Virus record (IMG/VR): IMGVR_UViG_3300042565_001021
Location: 64,001-128,000 of that record
Direction: 5' to 3' (one strand)
DNA from: a virus
DNA: 64,000 nucleotides
Positions 7,823 through 17,495 of this stretch are shown here, in pieces. The notes under the pieces are model-generated. The model searched no databases. It was not told the origin of the DNA and saw only the letters and a program-made list of their open reading frames with translations. Position numbers and translations under genes: made by a program. Within the stretch, counting starts at the first letter, position 1. Every line of letters starts with the position of its first letter.

Positions 7823-8440
7823 TTAATGCCGCACCTCGTAAACTACTTCAAAATCTTCGCATTCCAAAAACATCTGGGGTGTTGGTTTTGGATTTTCGGA
7901 TACCATTTTTTCGAAAGATCTAAATCTGGTCTGATAATCATCAAGACCCCGTAAGGCACCGCGAATTAGCTCAACGCAACTGAGTGCCGAATCACTTGTT
8001 AAATCAAACAATGTATCGTATGGACGACCCAGATACCCTTTAGCCTGGTCCATAATCTGCGCCCAATGGTCGAGTGTGAGAGACTTTGGTTTTAGCAGGG
8101 CAACTGATCCACATTGGCCATTAAATACTTGGGCAAAGGTTGAGTAATGAACTCCTGAACGGGTAGCTTCGATCATTCGAAAGTCTGCGTCAGACCGAAC
8201 TTCGTCTTCTGTGTTCATTAGGACGTGACTGTAGTAGCCGCGCCTTCTAGTCTGTATCCAATGCGCTATAGCGATCGCGTAGGTCGAAAGGTGCCCGTTT
8301 TGTCTTGTGAGGACAATGTAGTAGCTATCAACTAACATTCCTCTAACTGTTTCAATTTCTGTTTCAGTAAGAACCTTATCGGTTTTCCACGAAATAGATC
8401 CTACCCAAGTTACGATTTTACTTATTAAAGATGAAAACAT
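7823..8440 (-). CDS. permuted papain-like (YiiX/YebB, NlpC/P60-related) protein
   Basis: YSHV...IEAT..GV...LGRPYD..F....LSCVELI; TAAATA upstream near 8462. Confidence 0.75.
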   Translation of the reverse strand: MFSSLISKIVTWVGSISWKTDKVLTETEIETVRGMLVDSYYIVLTRQNGHLSTYAIAIAHWIQTRRRGYYSHVLMNTEDEVRSDADFRMIEATRSGVHYSTFAQVFNGQCGSVALLKPKSLTLDHWAQIMDQAKGYLGRPYDTLFDLTSDSALSCVELIRGALRGLDDYQTRFRSFEKMVSENPKPTPQMFLECEDFEVVYEVRH

Positions 8441-8483
8441 AGTTACTTCTCCGTCTGTAACTATTTACCGAAAAGCTAGTCAA

Positions 8484-8517
8484 AAAAATAGAGCCACTTA
8501 ATTCGCGGCTCTATTTT
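8484..8517. terminator. rho-independent terminator
   Basis: AAAATAGAGCC...GGCTCTATTTT inverted repeat. Confidence 0.7.
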
Positions 8518-8518
8518 G

Positions 8519-9355
8519 TTACAGGATGAAATGCGCGTCTGGATTCCAGCCAGTCATTTCGGTACCGTAGCTGCTTTGGTAGCCACGTGGGTTACACAGA
8601 ACGCGGGTGTAATCGCCAACCATGTAATCCATAACCGAATGTACGTGCCCGTGGATCCAATACTTGATGCGCGGGTTGTCTAGAATGAAATCATCCAACC
8701 GGCTGTGGTAGCCACCGTTCATCAGGAACTGGTCTCTATACCTGTTATCAACGCTCTGTCCAGTTGGCGCGTGGTGCGTAATCATAACCACCGTCTTGTC
8801 GATGTTGTGCGGGTTGTCCAGAATAATCTTGAAGTACTGGAGCGAGCGAACATGCTCGTTAATCGCATCGTGCGGCGTAAAACGAACATACTCGGTTGGC
8901 GTCCGAATCTTCTTAATCACCTCGAAGTCGTTCATACCGTGCTTAACGGCATGCACGGTAAGCGGATCACCACGGTTCATATCGGTCCAAAGTGTAGCAC
9001 CGACGAACAGCACGTTGTCCAGTTCGAAGCAATCATTTTCCATGATGCGGAAATTGTCCGGCAGCTCCTTGCGCATACGAGCATGGGTCTTTTCAAACGC
9101 CATGCGGTAATGCTCGTGGTTGCCAGCAATCATAAGGACATGCTGATACTTCTTCTCGCACTCCTCAATGAAGAATTGGTTGATCCGGCCCTTGTTGCTG
9201 ATCTTAATTCCGGTGCCGTGCTGATCGGGCTCGTACTTCTTCATCTCCTTTGCTTCGCAAGTATCGCCTGCAAGGATAAGAATGTCGCCGCCAGGCAGCG
9301 TTGGGTTAGTCTTCCCAACGTCCAAATGTAGATCTGAGCAATAATTGATTTTCAT
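8519..9355 (-). CDS. calcineurin-like metallophosphoesterase
   Basis: SDLH, AGD, GNHE, THHAP, HGHVH, NPRGY. Confidence 0.9.
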   Translation of the reverse strand: MKINYCSDLHLDVGKTNPTLPGGDILILAGDTCEAKEMKKYEPDQHGTGIKISNKGRINQFFIEECEKKYQHVLMIAGNHEHYRMAFEKTHARMRKELPDNFRIMENDCFELDNVLFVGATLWTDMNRGDPLTVHAVKHGMNDFEVIKKIRTPTEYVRFTPHDAINEHVRSLQYFKIILDNPHNIDKTVVMITHHAPTGQSVDNRYRDQFLMNGGYHSRLDDFILDNPRIKYWIHGHVHSVMDYMVGDYTRVLCNPRGYQSSYGTEMTGWNPDAHFIL

Positions 9356-9393
9356 AGCCTTAATTATACTATCTTTTTTGGTTTTTGTCAACC

Positions 9394-9422
9394 AAAAATA
9401 AGGGCGTTGCCGCCCTTATTTT
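9394..9422 (-). terminator. rho-independent terminator
   Basis: AAAATAAGGGCG-ttgc-CGCCCTTATTTT. Confidence 0.7.
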
Positions 9423-9448
9423 AAGCTTCGATTGTTTAATCCTAAAGA

Positions 9449-9691
9449 TTATAGATCGTAGTGAGCGCGTGAACCGAGCTGATCGCGAGCAGTCATACGG
9501 AATGCGCCTGCTCCACGATAGTTCTTGCGGCTTAGAACATTGAGACCAACCTGACGTAGCTCATGAATGCGAGCACGTAGGTTCTTAATGCCAAACTGTG
9601 AACGTGCCTGAGCAACGGTTAATTCACGGCCTGTACCACGCAGATACTCTTGTAAAAACTCGTTTTGGGTCATGTTGTTATTTCTTACCAT
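9449..9691 (-). CDS. winged helix-turn-helix DNA-binding protein
   Basis: LTVAQARSQFGIKNLRARIHELRQVG. Confidence 0.7.
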   Translation of the reverse strand: MVRNNNMTQNEFLQEYLRGTGRELTVAQARSQFGIKNLRARIHELRQVGLNVLSRKNYRGAGAFRMTARDQLGSRAHYDL

Positions 9692-9884
9692 CTTTTAGTT
9701 CTCCTATATAGTTGCTGCTTATTCAGCAGCATTTATACATTATGCGCTATTGCCGTTGCATAGTGCAAAACATTTGGTTAAATCAGTTTGGTTAGATCGC
9801 CCAAATCATTTGTTAACTTTTTTCATTATAAGGCGTTATTTGTATGTAGGCCTACAAACTTACACTAACCTTAAGGAAACCAAA

Positions 9885-10157
9885 ATGAACAAGATTATGA
9901 TTGTTTTACTTGCTGCTGTTTCTATGTCCGCTTTTGCTGCTGATGCTGCTAAGGCACCTGCTGCTCCTGCTGTTGCTGCTGCTCCTGCTGTTGCTGCTGC
10001 TCCTGCTGTTGCTGCTGCTCCTGCTGCTAAGGCAGAAGCACCAAAGGCTAAGGCAAAGCCTGCTAAAAGCAAAAAGGCAGCAAAGAAGCCAGCAGCAAAA
10101 ACTCCTGCTCCTGCTCCTGCTCCTGCCGCAGCGCCCGCCGCTGTTCCTGCTAAGTAA
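9885..10157 (+). CDS. secreted Ala/Pro/Lys-rich low-complexity protein
   Basis: Sec signal MNKIMIVLLAAVSMSAFA; AAPAVA repeats; AAGGA SD. Confidence 0.75.
   Translation: MNKIMIVLLAAVSMSAFAADAAKAPAAPAVAAAPAVAAAPAVAAAPAAKAEAPKAKAKPAKSKKAAKKPAAKTPAPAPAPAAAPAAVPAK
9960..10026 (+). repeat. 18-bp coding tandem repeat
   Basis: GCTGCTCCTGCTGTTGCT about 3.7 copies. Confidence 0.9.
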
Positions 10158-10296
10158 TATTGAAGAAGAATTCTACGAAGACGATGACTTACTGCATGTC
10201 AATAACACACATCAAGCCAGAGTCAAGGATGACCTCAGCAACAAGGTTAAACTTAGATTGTTGATGGCACGTAGATTAGCATTACAGGCGTATGAC

Positions 10297-10326
10297 AAAA
10301 CATGGACCTAAGGGTCCATGTTTTTT
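10297..10326. terminator. bidirectional terminator between convergent genes
   Basis: AAAACATGGACC-taag-GGTCCATGTTTT. Confidence 0.75.
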
Positions 10327-10570
10327 ATCTGACGAATTTGCTTTGTAAGACAAGGAAAATAATTTCGGCTTCGGTTGGCTCGGCGTTAAGAAGTTTAATA
10401 AACCTTACCTTTTGCTTACAATTAGAATCTTCTTCAAAAATTAAATTAGAAGAATATTGAAGCATCAGAGGAATTCGATCACGATCTGTAAAACTATAAA
10501 TTCCGGCAGGATAAAAGTTATTGCCAAGAGGACCAGTATAAGTAGCCTGTACGGTTCTAACGTAGATCAT
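10325..10570 (-). CDS. hypothetical protein
   Basis: 81 aa, ATGA overlap. Confidence 0.55.
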   Translation of the reverse strand: MIYVRTVQATYTGPLGNNFYPAGIYSFTDRDRIPLMLQYSSNLIFEEDSNCKQKVRFIKLLNAEPTEAEIIFLVLQSKFVR

Positions 10571-10779
10571 ACCTTCGTTAGCGTAAATGTTCCGTCGCCG
10601 TTATCTGACCAGTTAATGTCGTCGCCTTCTTGCCAACCAACTCGTTCCATCATGTCGAGCGGAAAGATCAGATAGCATTCACCGTCGGCATCTTCTTGAA
10701 CTGTTGCTGTCCAAGTTTTTGGTCCGTCTTCGAGAATGTCCCACACCTTTTGTTGGTCGTTAAGCATTTGGTCGGCCAT
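10567..10779 (-). CDS. AbrB/MazE-like DNA-binding protein
   Basis: YLIFPLDMMERVGWQEGDDINW. Confidence 0.75.
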   Translation of the reverse strand: MADQMLNDQQKVWDILEDGPKTWTATVQEDADGECYLIFPLDMMERVGWQEGDDINWSDNGDGTFTLTKV

Positions 10780-11011
10780 TTTGCTCTTTCTTTAAAGCAT
10801 CCCAGGTTGCGCACTTAGAAATAACTTCTCCTAGTTCTGGTGCCATGTTGAGATTGAATACTTGTTGTTCAAATGGCTGCTTATATACCAGGGCATCTGA
10901 CCCAGGCATAAAGAACTTAACTACGCCAGTTAGATACATTGTGTTCCGTTTGAAGTCCATGCTCAATGATAGAACTTCTACTACAGACTTGAGCTCAAAA
11001 CTAACTTCCAT
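10760..11011 (-). CDS. hypothetical protein
   Basis: 83 aa ORF in operon. Confidence 0.55.
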   Translation of the reverse strand: MEVSFELKSVVEVLSLSMDFKRNTMYLTGVVKFFMPGSDALVYKQPFEQQVFNLNMAPELGEVISKCATWDALKKEQNGRPNA

Positions 11012-11152
11012 GTTATTTGTCCCATTCGATTTGGCAAAAGGTTACGGCAAGGGCCTGTAACATAAGACAAAGCGCAGTCGGAATCCATCCACCGTATGCT
11101 AACACTATCAAAGAAACAATAGCATTACATAGGTACGCATAATACAGAGGCC

Positions 11153-11431
11153 TCATTTCTTTATCTCCCATTCGTATGGTTCGCGTTCTTCTTCGTGGCT
11201 CTCGCTTAGGTCAATCCAGGTCCGTTCTCCTGCCGGATGACCCATCGTAAATTCAAGCAGCTTGTCTTCGCGGTAAGCGCGACGGATATATTCGTGGCCG
11301 CCATCTACGCTTAGGTTACCGCACTTGCATGTTCGGAAATCGTGACCATACAGTGATTCAATGATGTCTCCACACAGCAGACACTGAGCCTTGTTTACAG
11401 TAACGACAGTACGGTAGAACTTATTCTCCAT
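11153..11431 (-). CDS. Zn-binding hypothetical phage protein
   Basis: CLLCGDIIES..HDFRTCKCG..VDGG..Y.RR. Confidence 0.75.
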   Translation of the reverse strand: MENKFYRTVVTVNKAQCLLCGDIIESLYGHDFRTCKCGNLSVDGGHEYIRRAYREDKLLEFTMGHPAGERTWIDLSESHEEEREPYEWEIKK

Positions 11432-11433
11432 TT

Positions 11434-12786
11434 TTACATCCCCCTGAATACTTTACCGGAAATTCCCGTGGTACCGTCGGTTACAACAATACGGAACATT
11501 TCGAGATCTTCAAACTTGAAGGCTGTCGTAGTTACACGATCGCGCCGTTCTTGCCTGCCGTAGATCGAACCACTGTATGATGTAGTATGCTTGATCTTTA
11601 CCTTGTTGTCAACCAGCATATCTTCGATCTCGGCTAGGGTTGCGTCGTAATCATATTGGCAAGTTACGTCGTTATACTTCCCGTTGTCGCCACGCATCGC
11701 AATATACATCTTTCCATCGTGCCTAGCAATGATTGGGTCAGTGCTGTAAGAACCCACCCGTGGCCACATCGGTCCTACAATCTTCTCGCCGAGCGGTTCC
11801 AGCGTTGTGGTTATCTTGCTCATATCGATCTTAGTCGGAGACACAAGGATTACGTTGCCTACGTCGTCAATACCAACGTCCCGGCTAAGCTCAGCAGTTA
11901 CGGTCTTTGCTACCTCCAGCTTAGACAACGGGGTAGGAATCTTGTCAAGGATCGCTACCACCTTAGGTGAAGCGAGCGTAAAATACTGACCACCGTTAGC
12001 AGATTTGAACAAGTACTTGTCTGTCTGCTTGGTGTTGAATCTGTGAACTCCGGTGCCATAGGTGTAATAACGACTGCGACCGTCTTTAATCTCTTCTTCG
12101 TCAACCTCAAGGAAGAAGTACTTGCCCATGTAATAACATGTTTCGTATTTCCCGGCAATCTTGCTTGAGAGGAGCTCAATCTTGTCGCCTGGGTTGATAT
12201 CCTTTAGCGAAATCTTCGTGTTTACCTTCGTTGTCATTGCCGTGGCAGCGATAAACGGTTCAGAGGTCTCCGGTAGAAGGATGTTGTTTGCACCTTGCCG
12301 GCCCCAAACGCACTTGCCCTGGATAACGCCATTCACTATTGTGGAGCAGGAGAGCACACTCGCGAAGTTCTCGCTGCTGATCTCAAGATCGAAACCACGC
12401 GGGTCAGTAATGCGCCATTTCACATTACCGCCGCCGCCCCAGCCATAACGGCGAACTGACTTAGCAATCTGGAAGCCTTCGACTGGCACGTTGTCAAGGA
12501 TGCGCGGGTAGCAGTTAGCGATGAACAGCATACTGGCATCCCAATGCGTCACATTTGCTCCGTATCCACGATCGCCACCGCCTGTCACTGTGACATCATC
12601 GTCTTCGTTGATTTCTACTTTAACGCCGTGGCCATAAGCCCAGCTGTCTTGCGTTGATTTTCGTTTTTCAAACGCAGCGTCTTTCGTGTAAGGCGAAGCA
12701 AAGCCGAGTAGGCCATCTTCGTTGTTTGCGTCACCACGGTATTGAACGGTGGTGTAAAGCTTACGCGGAATAGTAGTTGTAACCAT
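11434..12786 (-). CDS. hypothetical phage protein
   Basis: 450 aa; WRITDPRGFDLEISSENF; GAGGA SD. Confidence 0.8.
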   Translation of the reverse strand: MVTTTIPRKLYTTVQYRGDANNEDGLLGFASPYTKDAAFEKRKSTQDSWAYGHGVKVEINEDDDVTVTGGGDRGYGANVTHWDASMLFIANCYPRILDNVPVEGFQIAKSVRRYGWGGGGNVKWRITDPRGFDLEISSENFASVLSCSTIVNGVIQGKCVWGRQGANNILLPETSEPFIAATAMTTKVNTKISLKDINPGDKIELLSSKIAGKYETCYYMGKYFFLEVDEEEIKDGRSRYYTYGTGVHRFNTKQTDKYLFKSANGGQYFTLASPKVVAILDKIPTPLSKLEVAKTVTAELSRDVGIDDVGNVILVSPTKIDMSKITTTLEPLGEKIVGPMWPRVGSYSTDPIIARHDGKMYIAMRGDNGKYNDVTCQYDYDATLAEIEDMLVDNKVKIKHTTSYSGSIYGRQERRDRVTTTAFKFEDLEMFRIVVTDGTTGISGKVFRGM

Positions 12787-12893
12787 ATTATCCTCTAATT
12801 AAAAGTATATTAAATATTAACACATTAATTTACAATAGTCACTCCCACGCTTGTTCTTTTGTAAGAGCTGGTCTTTCGTATGGTCTGGCCAAT

Positions 12894-13160
12894 TTACCAC
12901 TCTCCTGTTTTACGTGTGATTTTGTTGATCCGTTCTTGAAGGTCGATTACGTGAGCCCGTTGGGCGCGACATTCATCTTCAAGGTCAATGATTCTTTGCC
13001 GCAAGCGTTCAATCGTACCTGCTGCTTCGTCGCACGTATCCGAAATTCGGTCAGGCTTGCCATCCTTAGTGCGGCCGATCTTACGCCGGATCTCTGACCG
13101 CAGTTTTAGTTTTTCGAGGATGTCTTGCTCCTCGAATGGTTTTTCATTCTTTGCCGTCAT
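12894..13160 (-). CDS. hypothetical protein (coiled coil)
   Basis: RSEIRRKI...DRISDTCDEAA..IERL. Confidence 0.65.
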   Translation of the reverse strand: MTAKNEKPFEEQDILEKLKLRSEIRRKIGRTKDGKPDRISDTCDEAAGTIERLRQRIIDLEDECRAQRAHVIDLQERINKITRKTGEW

Positions 13161-13434
13161 ACACTTCCCAGTCGTGCTTCCTACAGTCCCAATGGCGGTG
13201 ATCGTAAATCTTAGCGTTCAACGTGTAGCCAAACAGATTGATTTCAAACGACGGGCCTGCGTGGTCACTGCCTTTCCAGTTGAGATCAACCGCAAGCTCG
13301 AGCACGTTGTAAGCGTAGCGAGAGAACTGAACCTCCCACGACTTGTTTTCGCAGATTGGTCCAGTAGTACAACCGAGATTCTCAAACTCGCCGTGCTTGA
13401 ACGGATTACGGATAGCAAACCAGATATTAATCAT
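13144..13434 (-). CDS. hypothetical protein
   Basis: KSWEVQ...DHAGP...IYDHRHWD. Confidence 0.7.
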   Translation of the reverse strand: MINIWFAIRNPFKHGEFENLGCTTGPICENKSWEVQFSRYAYNVLELAVDLNWKGSDHAGPSFEINLFGYTLNAKIYDHRHWDCRKHDWEVYDGKE

Positions 13435-13625
13435 CCTTGGAACCCCTTAATAATTAATTCGCGCACGTTTTTCTTCCTTTGTTCTGTAGTCGAACCGGTG
13501 GCGTTTGCCGACCAGCCTGTAGAATTTCTTGTCCATTTTCTTGCCCAGCCACAACAGTGACAGGACAGTAACAGCGCCGATAGCAATGTCAGTTAGTGTT
13601 CTTTCAGTTGTTTGCTTTTTAGCCA

Positions 13626-13850
13626 TTACAGCTTTTCTCCTGGAGTTATGTCAGCCCACTTCTTCCCGATGCGCCACGCTGACTCCGGAATAAACATTAT
13701 CGTTGAACCCAATCCTACTGCCATCGGGTTTGCCTTTTGCTCAGCGGCGTTGCTTACCTTTGCCGCTTCTTTTGCCTTTTGAAAAGTAGCAAGGTCCGGA
13801 AACCCAAACTCCTCAAAGTTCGTCCCGTCCAGTTTTCCTAAGTATTTCAC
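13626..13850 (-). CDS. hypothetical protein
   Basis: 74 aa, GTGA overlap with ligase stop. Confidence 0.55.
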   Translation of the reverse strand: MKYLGKLDGTNFEEFGFPDLATFQKAKEAAKVSNAAEQKANPMAVGLGSTIMFIPESAWRIGKKWADITPGEKL

Positions 13851-15256
13851 AGTTTCTCTCCCTTAGCAAAGCCGCGCCACGTCTTGAAGCGCGGGAACCT
13901 CATGCTCCAGTAATCGTTGTCGTCGGACTTAGTCAGCGCGTCTGCGCGGATCTCGCCAATGTCGCCAACGCAGCTCGGGCCGTTCGGCACTTCCGTTATC
14001 GTCTCCCACTTGCCCTTTACCTTCTTCTGCCAGGTAACCGGCTTGCCAGTGAAGTTCGCCCAAATCTGCGCACGTTGTTGAATGCTGTAACCACCACCGC
14101 AGGTGACCTTTACCTTCTTGCTGTCAACCACGCCTTCGAACACGATCGCGCCCATTGTGCCTTTGAACTTGCTGTCGGGCTTGCCTTCTTCGACATCGAC
14201 CGCAGTAAGCGACTCTTCGATGAACGGCTTCATCTTCATCCAGTTCAGCGAACGCTTACACTCGTACAGCGCCTCCGGATCCTTCAGCATAATGCCTTCG
14301 TACTTGCCCAGGAGCGCCAGTGCGTTGATTTCTAGCAACCGCGCCTTGCCTTCCTTAGTGTCCAGATCCACAAGTTCGGTGCCTACAACCGTTACGTTGG
14401 GCAGCTTGTCGCAGAATATGTTGGTGGACCAGTATATCAACGAAGCCGTGCGCGCCGCCTGCTTCTCGGTACTCTTGCCAGCTAAGAACTCGCTGAGTGG
14501 AAGGAAGTCAAACAAGTTGAGCACCGTGTCGTCTGCTTGGACGTCGGTCTTGCGCTTCGCTTGCTTCATCAAGTCCTGGAAGCTAGCGGACATCACTTCG
14601 CCGTCGAACACCATTGGATATCGGAGTTGCGACGCAATTGTCGCAAACTGCGATTTGATCTTTTCGAAGTTGAACAGCTCTTTGCCGTTGCGCGAATACT
14701 GGTTCACCTTGCCGTCGGGATAAACGATTGTGATGCAGCGCATGCCGTCAAGCTTGACGTCGATAATTTTCTTGCCGCACAGCAATTCCTCGGCTACGTT
14801 GCCTTCGTCGTCCACGCAGTCCTTAGCGAGCTGCACTTCGAACACCGGAATTGCGTATTTGGGGAAATCTTTTTCGCACACCTTGTTAACTGTGCTTTCG
14901 CTGAAGCCCGCCTTGAGGTCCTTTATAAGCACCAGGCGGTACCAGCCGTTCCATTCTTCGGTCGTTGCCAGTGCCATTGCTGCGCCAATTGCGTCCTGCG
15001 CAGCGTCACCAGTCAGCTTGCGCTCAGCAAGTTCCTGACACAGGTTGAAAAACATAGCAGGCGCAAGTCCAGGGCCGCTCTTCTTGCTTTCGGGCACCTT
15101 CTTCACTCCCAGTGTCAGCATCGGATCATACGCAATGCGAATGCCCCGGAACAGGTCATCATTGCCTGCTATGGCTTCTTGGAGCAGGAAGGTTTGTTTG
15201 GCCAGCTTTGAGTCGTTTGCTGTAATCTTCGCTAGCACAGTCCAGGGTTTGTTCAT
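13847..15256 (-). CDS. lig: ATP-dependent DNA ligase
   Basis: KLDGMR, FDGEV, EGIMLK, KRSLNWMKMK, SMRFPRF. Confidence 0.93.
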   Translation of the reverse strand: MNKPWTVLAKITANDSKLAKQTFLLQEAIAGNDDLFRGIRIAYDPMLTLGVKKVPESKKSGPGLAPAMFFNLCQELAERKLTGDAAQDAIGAAMALATTEEWNGWYRLVLIKDLKAGFSESTVNKVCEKDFPKYAIPVFEVQLAKDCVDDEGNVAEELLCGKKIIDVKLDGMRCITIVYPDGKVNQYSRNGKELFNFEKIKSQFATIASQLRYPMVFDGEVMSASFQDLMKQAKRKTDVQADDTVLNLFDFLPLSEFLAGKSTEKQAARTASLIYWSTNIFCDKLPNVTVVGTELVDLDTKEGKARLLEINALALLGKYEGIMLKDPEALYECKRSLNWMKMKPFIEESLTAVDVEEGKPDSKFKGTMGAIVFEGVVDSKKVKVTCGGGYSIQQRAQIWANFTGKPVTWQKKVKGKWETITEVPNGPSCVGDIGEIRADALTKSDDNDYWSMRFPRFKTWRGFAKGEKL

Positions 15257-15299
15257 GTCGTAGTCCTTATTTAATAAAGCTATTATACAGCCAAACGGC

Positions 15300-15620
15300 T
15301 CAAATGTCAACCACTGTTTTCTTCATTATTCCGCCATATTTTAGCAAGAATATCGTTTCGTCTGCTGGGTTATTCCAGCAGCCATGGAGGTTGATGTTAG
15401 ACTTTAAAACTTCTGTAACCAAATTGAAGCACGTCATGTGATCGTATACGTCTAGGTGCCTACACTTCCTAACCATAAACTTCTTGCGTATTAAGTTGTA
15501 GGCGATAATCGTATCGGCTCTTCCTATAATGTTTAGGTGGCGTATTACAGGAGTAGGCAGCGGATCACCTCTGGGATAAGAAGCAAAAACAAGATACTCC
15601 TCGTCACGCCAGACTAACAT
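15300..15620 (-). CDS. hypothetical protein
   Basis: 106 aa; ends DETIFLLKYG (distant 'LKW'-like end). Confidence 0.55.
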   Translation of the reverse strand: MLVWRDEEYLVFASYPRGDPLPTPVIRHLNIIGRADTIIAYNLIRKKFMVRKCRHLDVYDHMTCFNLVTEVLKSNINLHGCWNNPADETIFLLKYGGIMKKTVVDI

Positions 15621-15984
15621 GGTTATTCTCTTTCAGCAGGTCGAATACGTGCTGCTTGGCTGCGGTGATTGCAGCTTGCATGAATACTACGTGTAGCAAA
15701 AAGACTGTGCCAATTACAAACCAACCTTGCCAAACAAATATTAAAAGGCAGGCGGTGTCAAAAGTAACGTCGATTATCCGCCAATACTTAGGAGGTAATG
15801 TTTCTGGTTTAGCCGCCAACGCTTTCCACACTGCCGGGACCAACGCCGCGCAGGAGACAATAAACAAAAACCAAACGTAAAACATAACCAAGTTAGCTGC
15901 ACCTTGGACTTGTTCGGCGAACGCAAAATACATCGCAGTTGCGAACAAGCCGTTGGTGCCAGACCAGTAAAAGAATCGTTTCAT
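15604..15984 (-). CDS. membrane protein
   Basis: About four hydrophobic segments. Confidence 0.7.
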   Translation of the reverse strand: MKRFFYWSGTNGLFATAMYFAFAEQVQGAANLVMFYVWFLFIVSCAALVPAVWKALAAKPETLPPKYWRIIDVTFDTACLLIFVWQGWFVIGTVFLLHVVFMQAAITAAKQHVFDLLKENNHVSLA

Positions 15985-16138
15985 TTTGTTACTCCTGTAT
16001 CTTTTCGTCCTTGTTTCCGACCTGCGTCGTATGCTGACTTCACTATGCGTTGAAGCAAAGACAAGTCTGCCGGGTTGCTAAAAAATCTATTAGCGAGCTT
16101 GTGGTAAAGGACACTGCCAACCAACCAATCCGAAAAGT

Positions 16139-16465
16139 TCATATTGCCTCCACATGTTTGCACTTGCTGCGGAACGTAAATCCCTGGCAGGTACAGGTTT
16201 TGTTTACAGGATCAACGTAATACGTTTCGCCCTTGCTGCCTTTAACAGTTACGAGCGTAGGATCCGTCTCGACCACTCTCGCCTCGAAAAGGTTTTGCAC
16301 CTTCTCAAACTTGCGGCCGCGCTTGTCGATTTGCATCGGCTTGGTGAAGTAGGTAACCTCGCCTTTGAAGTTACAAAATGCGAAGCACTTGTCACCTTCA
16401 AGCAGATAAACGCCGGTCGGAGTAGCGTCTTTCCATTGCGTGATTTCGCGGAATGCTTCGGCCAT
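16139..16465 (-). CDS. SWIM zinc-finger protein
   Basis: GSKGETYYV...CTCQGFTFRSKCKH. Confidence 0.8.
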   Translation of the reverse strand: MAEAFREITQWKDATPTGVYLLEGDKCFAFCNFKGEVTYFTKPMQIDKRGRKFEKVQNLFEARVVETDPTLVTVKGSKGETYYVDPVNKTCTCQGFTFRSKCKHVEAI

Positions 16466-16466
16466 T

Positions 16467-16691
16467 TTATTTTGCCTTAAAGGAACTACACTTACCAGTT
16501 AAATTCAAGCAAACAAGATTCTTGCGATTCTTGTCGCACTCCAGATACGTCCAAAACTTCTCTGGATCCGGGACCTTAGGTAACAAACTAACATCACCTT
16601 TGTATGTTCCCGACCAGTCGCGAAAAGCATACCCGTCGGCATATTTCCGAACACCGAACTGGCAATCATCGCAGGATACCAGATTAGCCAT
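16467..16691 (-). CDS. Cys-rich small protein
   Basis: CDDC...C...N..GKC. Confidence 0.55.
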   Translation of the reverse strand: MANLVSCDDCQFGVRKYADGYAFRDWSGTYKGDVSLLPKVPDPEKFWTYLECDKNRKNLVCLNLTGKCSSFKAK

Positions 16692-16890
16692 TTTGGAAAA
16701 CTCCGTACTTGAGAAGCATCATCGCGTATGCTCCTGGGTTGTTAGGTTCTTTGTAGCAGTTGTGACTAATTAGATCGTAGCAGCTCGAGCAAAAGAATCC
16801 AGTAATGCCAAAGTAATCACGGCATGACCACCATTGGCTACCGCGTACATACCGGTTCGGCTTGCCGCAGTGGGTACAGGTCTCAGCCAT
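16684..16890 (-). CDS. Zn-ribbon small protein
   Basis: CTHCG...CSSCY. Confidence 0.6.
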   Translation of the reverse strand: MAETCTHCGKPNRYVRGSQWWSCRDYFGITGFFCSSCYDLISHNCYKEPNNPGAYAMMLLKYGVFQNG

Positions 16891-17070
16891 ATATGCCATA
16901 TCCTAAAAATCCAAACCCAGCAAAGCCGATGACCAAAAGCTTTTGCCGGAAGTATCGTGGCGTGCCGCGTGGCGCCGGAGTAATCTGGTTAACAATTTCG
17001 TCGCCTATTAGGAGCACAATAGAAAGTGTTACAAGGAAAGCGCCGAAGATAATAAGACCGGTTTTCATTT

Positions 17071-17310
17071 TTACACCTTTACTGGAGCAGTGGTTGTAGG
17101 AGTAAGCTCGACTTCGCCAACGAAGTAATCGCTCTGACTTCTCTTTTCGAGCCTCTTCAGTTCCTTTGCTTTCTTCTCTGCAAACGAAAACGTGGCCCAT
17201 GTCATGGCAAGTTCGGGCGCCGGATACCAACACCCGGTAGATTCGCGATATTCAGTAACTCCGGTTGGCCGCACGACGCGGTAAATGTAAAAACGGCGAT
17301 GTGTGTTCAT
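17071..17310 (-). CDS. hypothetical protein
   Basis: 79 aa, ATGA overlap. Confidence 0.5.
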   Translation of the reverse strand: MNTHRRFYIYRVVRPTGVTEYRESTGCWYPAPELAMTWATFSFAEKKAKELKRLEKRSQSDYFVGEVELTPTTTAPVKV

Positions 17311-17495
17311 TTTTTGCTCAATTGCCCTTCGCGGTAAGAAACCAGGATTACCAATGCGGTGAACACTGGGCTATATCCTATCCACAGTAAGCTCATTCTC
17401 TCAACTGCATCGGGTTGATCGACATACTGCGCAAAGATAGCGACAGCAAGTAACACCCACGGCATAAAAATTGCTGCTAGTGCAGGGGCTCTCAT
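17307..17495 (-). CDS. small membrane protein
   Basis: Two hydrophobic segments. Confidence 0.55.
   Translation of the reverse strand: MRAPALAAIFMPWVLLAVAIFAQYVDQPDAVERMSLLWIGYSPVFTALVILVSYREGQLSKK

Noticed and set aside
9901-10157. Poly-Leu ORF in the ORF track
   Set aside because: Alternate-frame shadow of the GCT/CCT-rich Ala/Pro repeat.
12988-15263. Long plus-strand ORFs opposite DNA ligase and neighbouring genes
   Set aside because: Antisense shadows of well-supported minus-strand genes; no SD or motifs.
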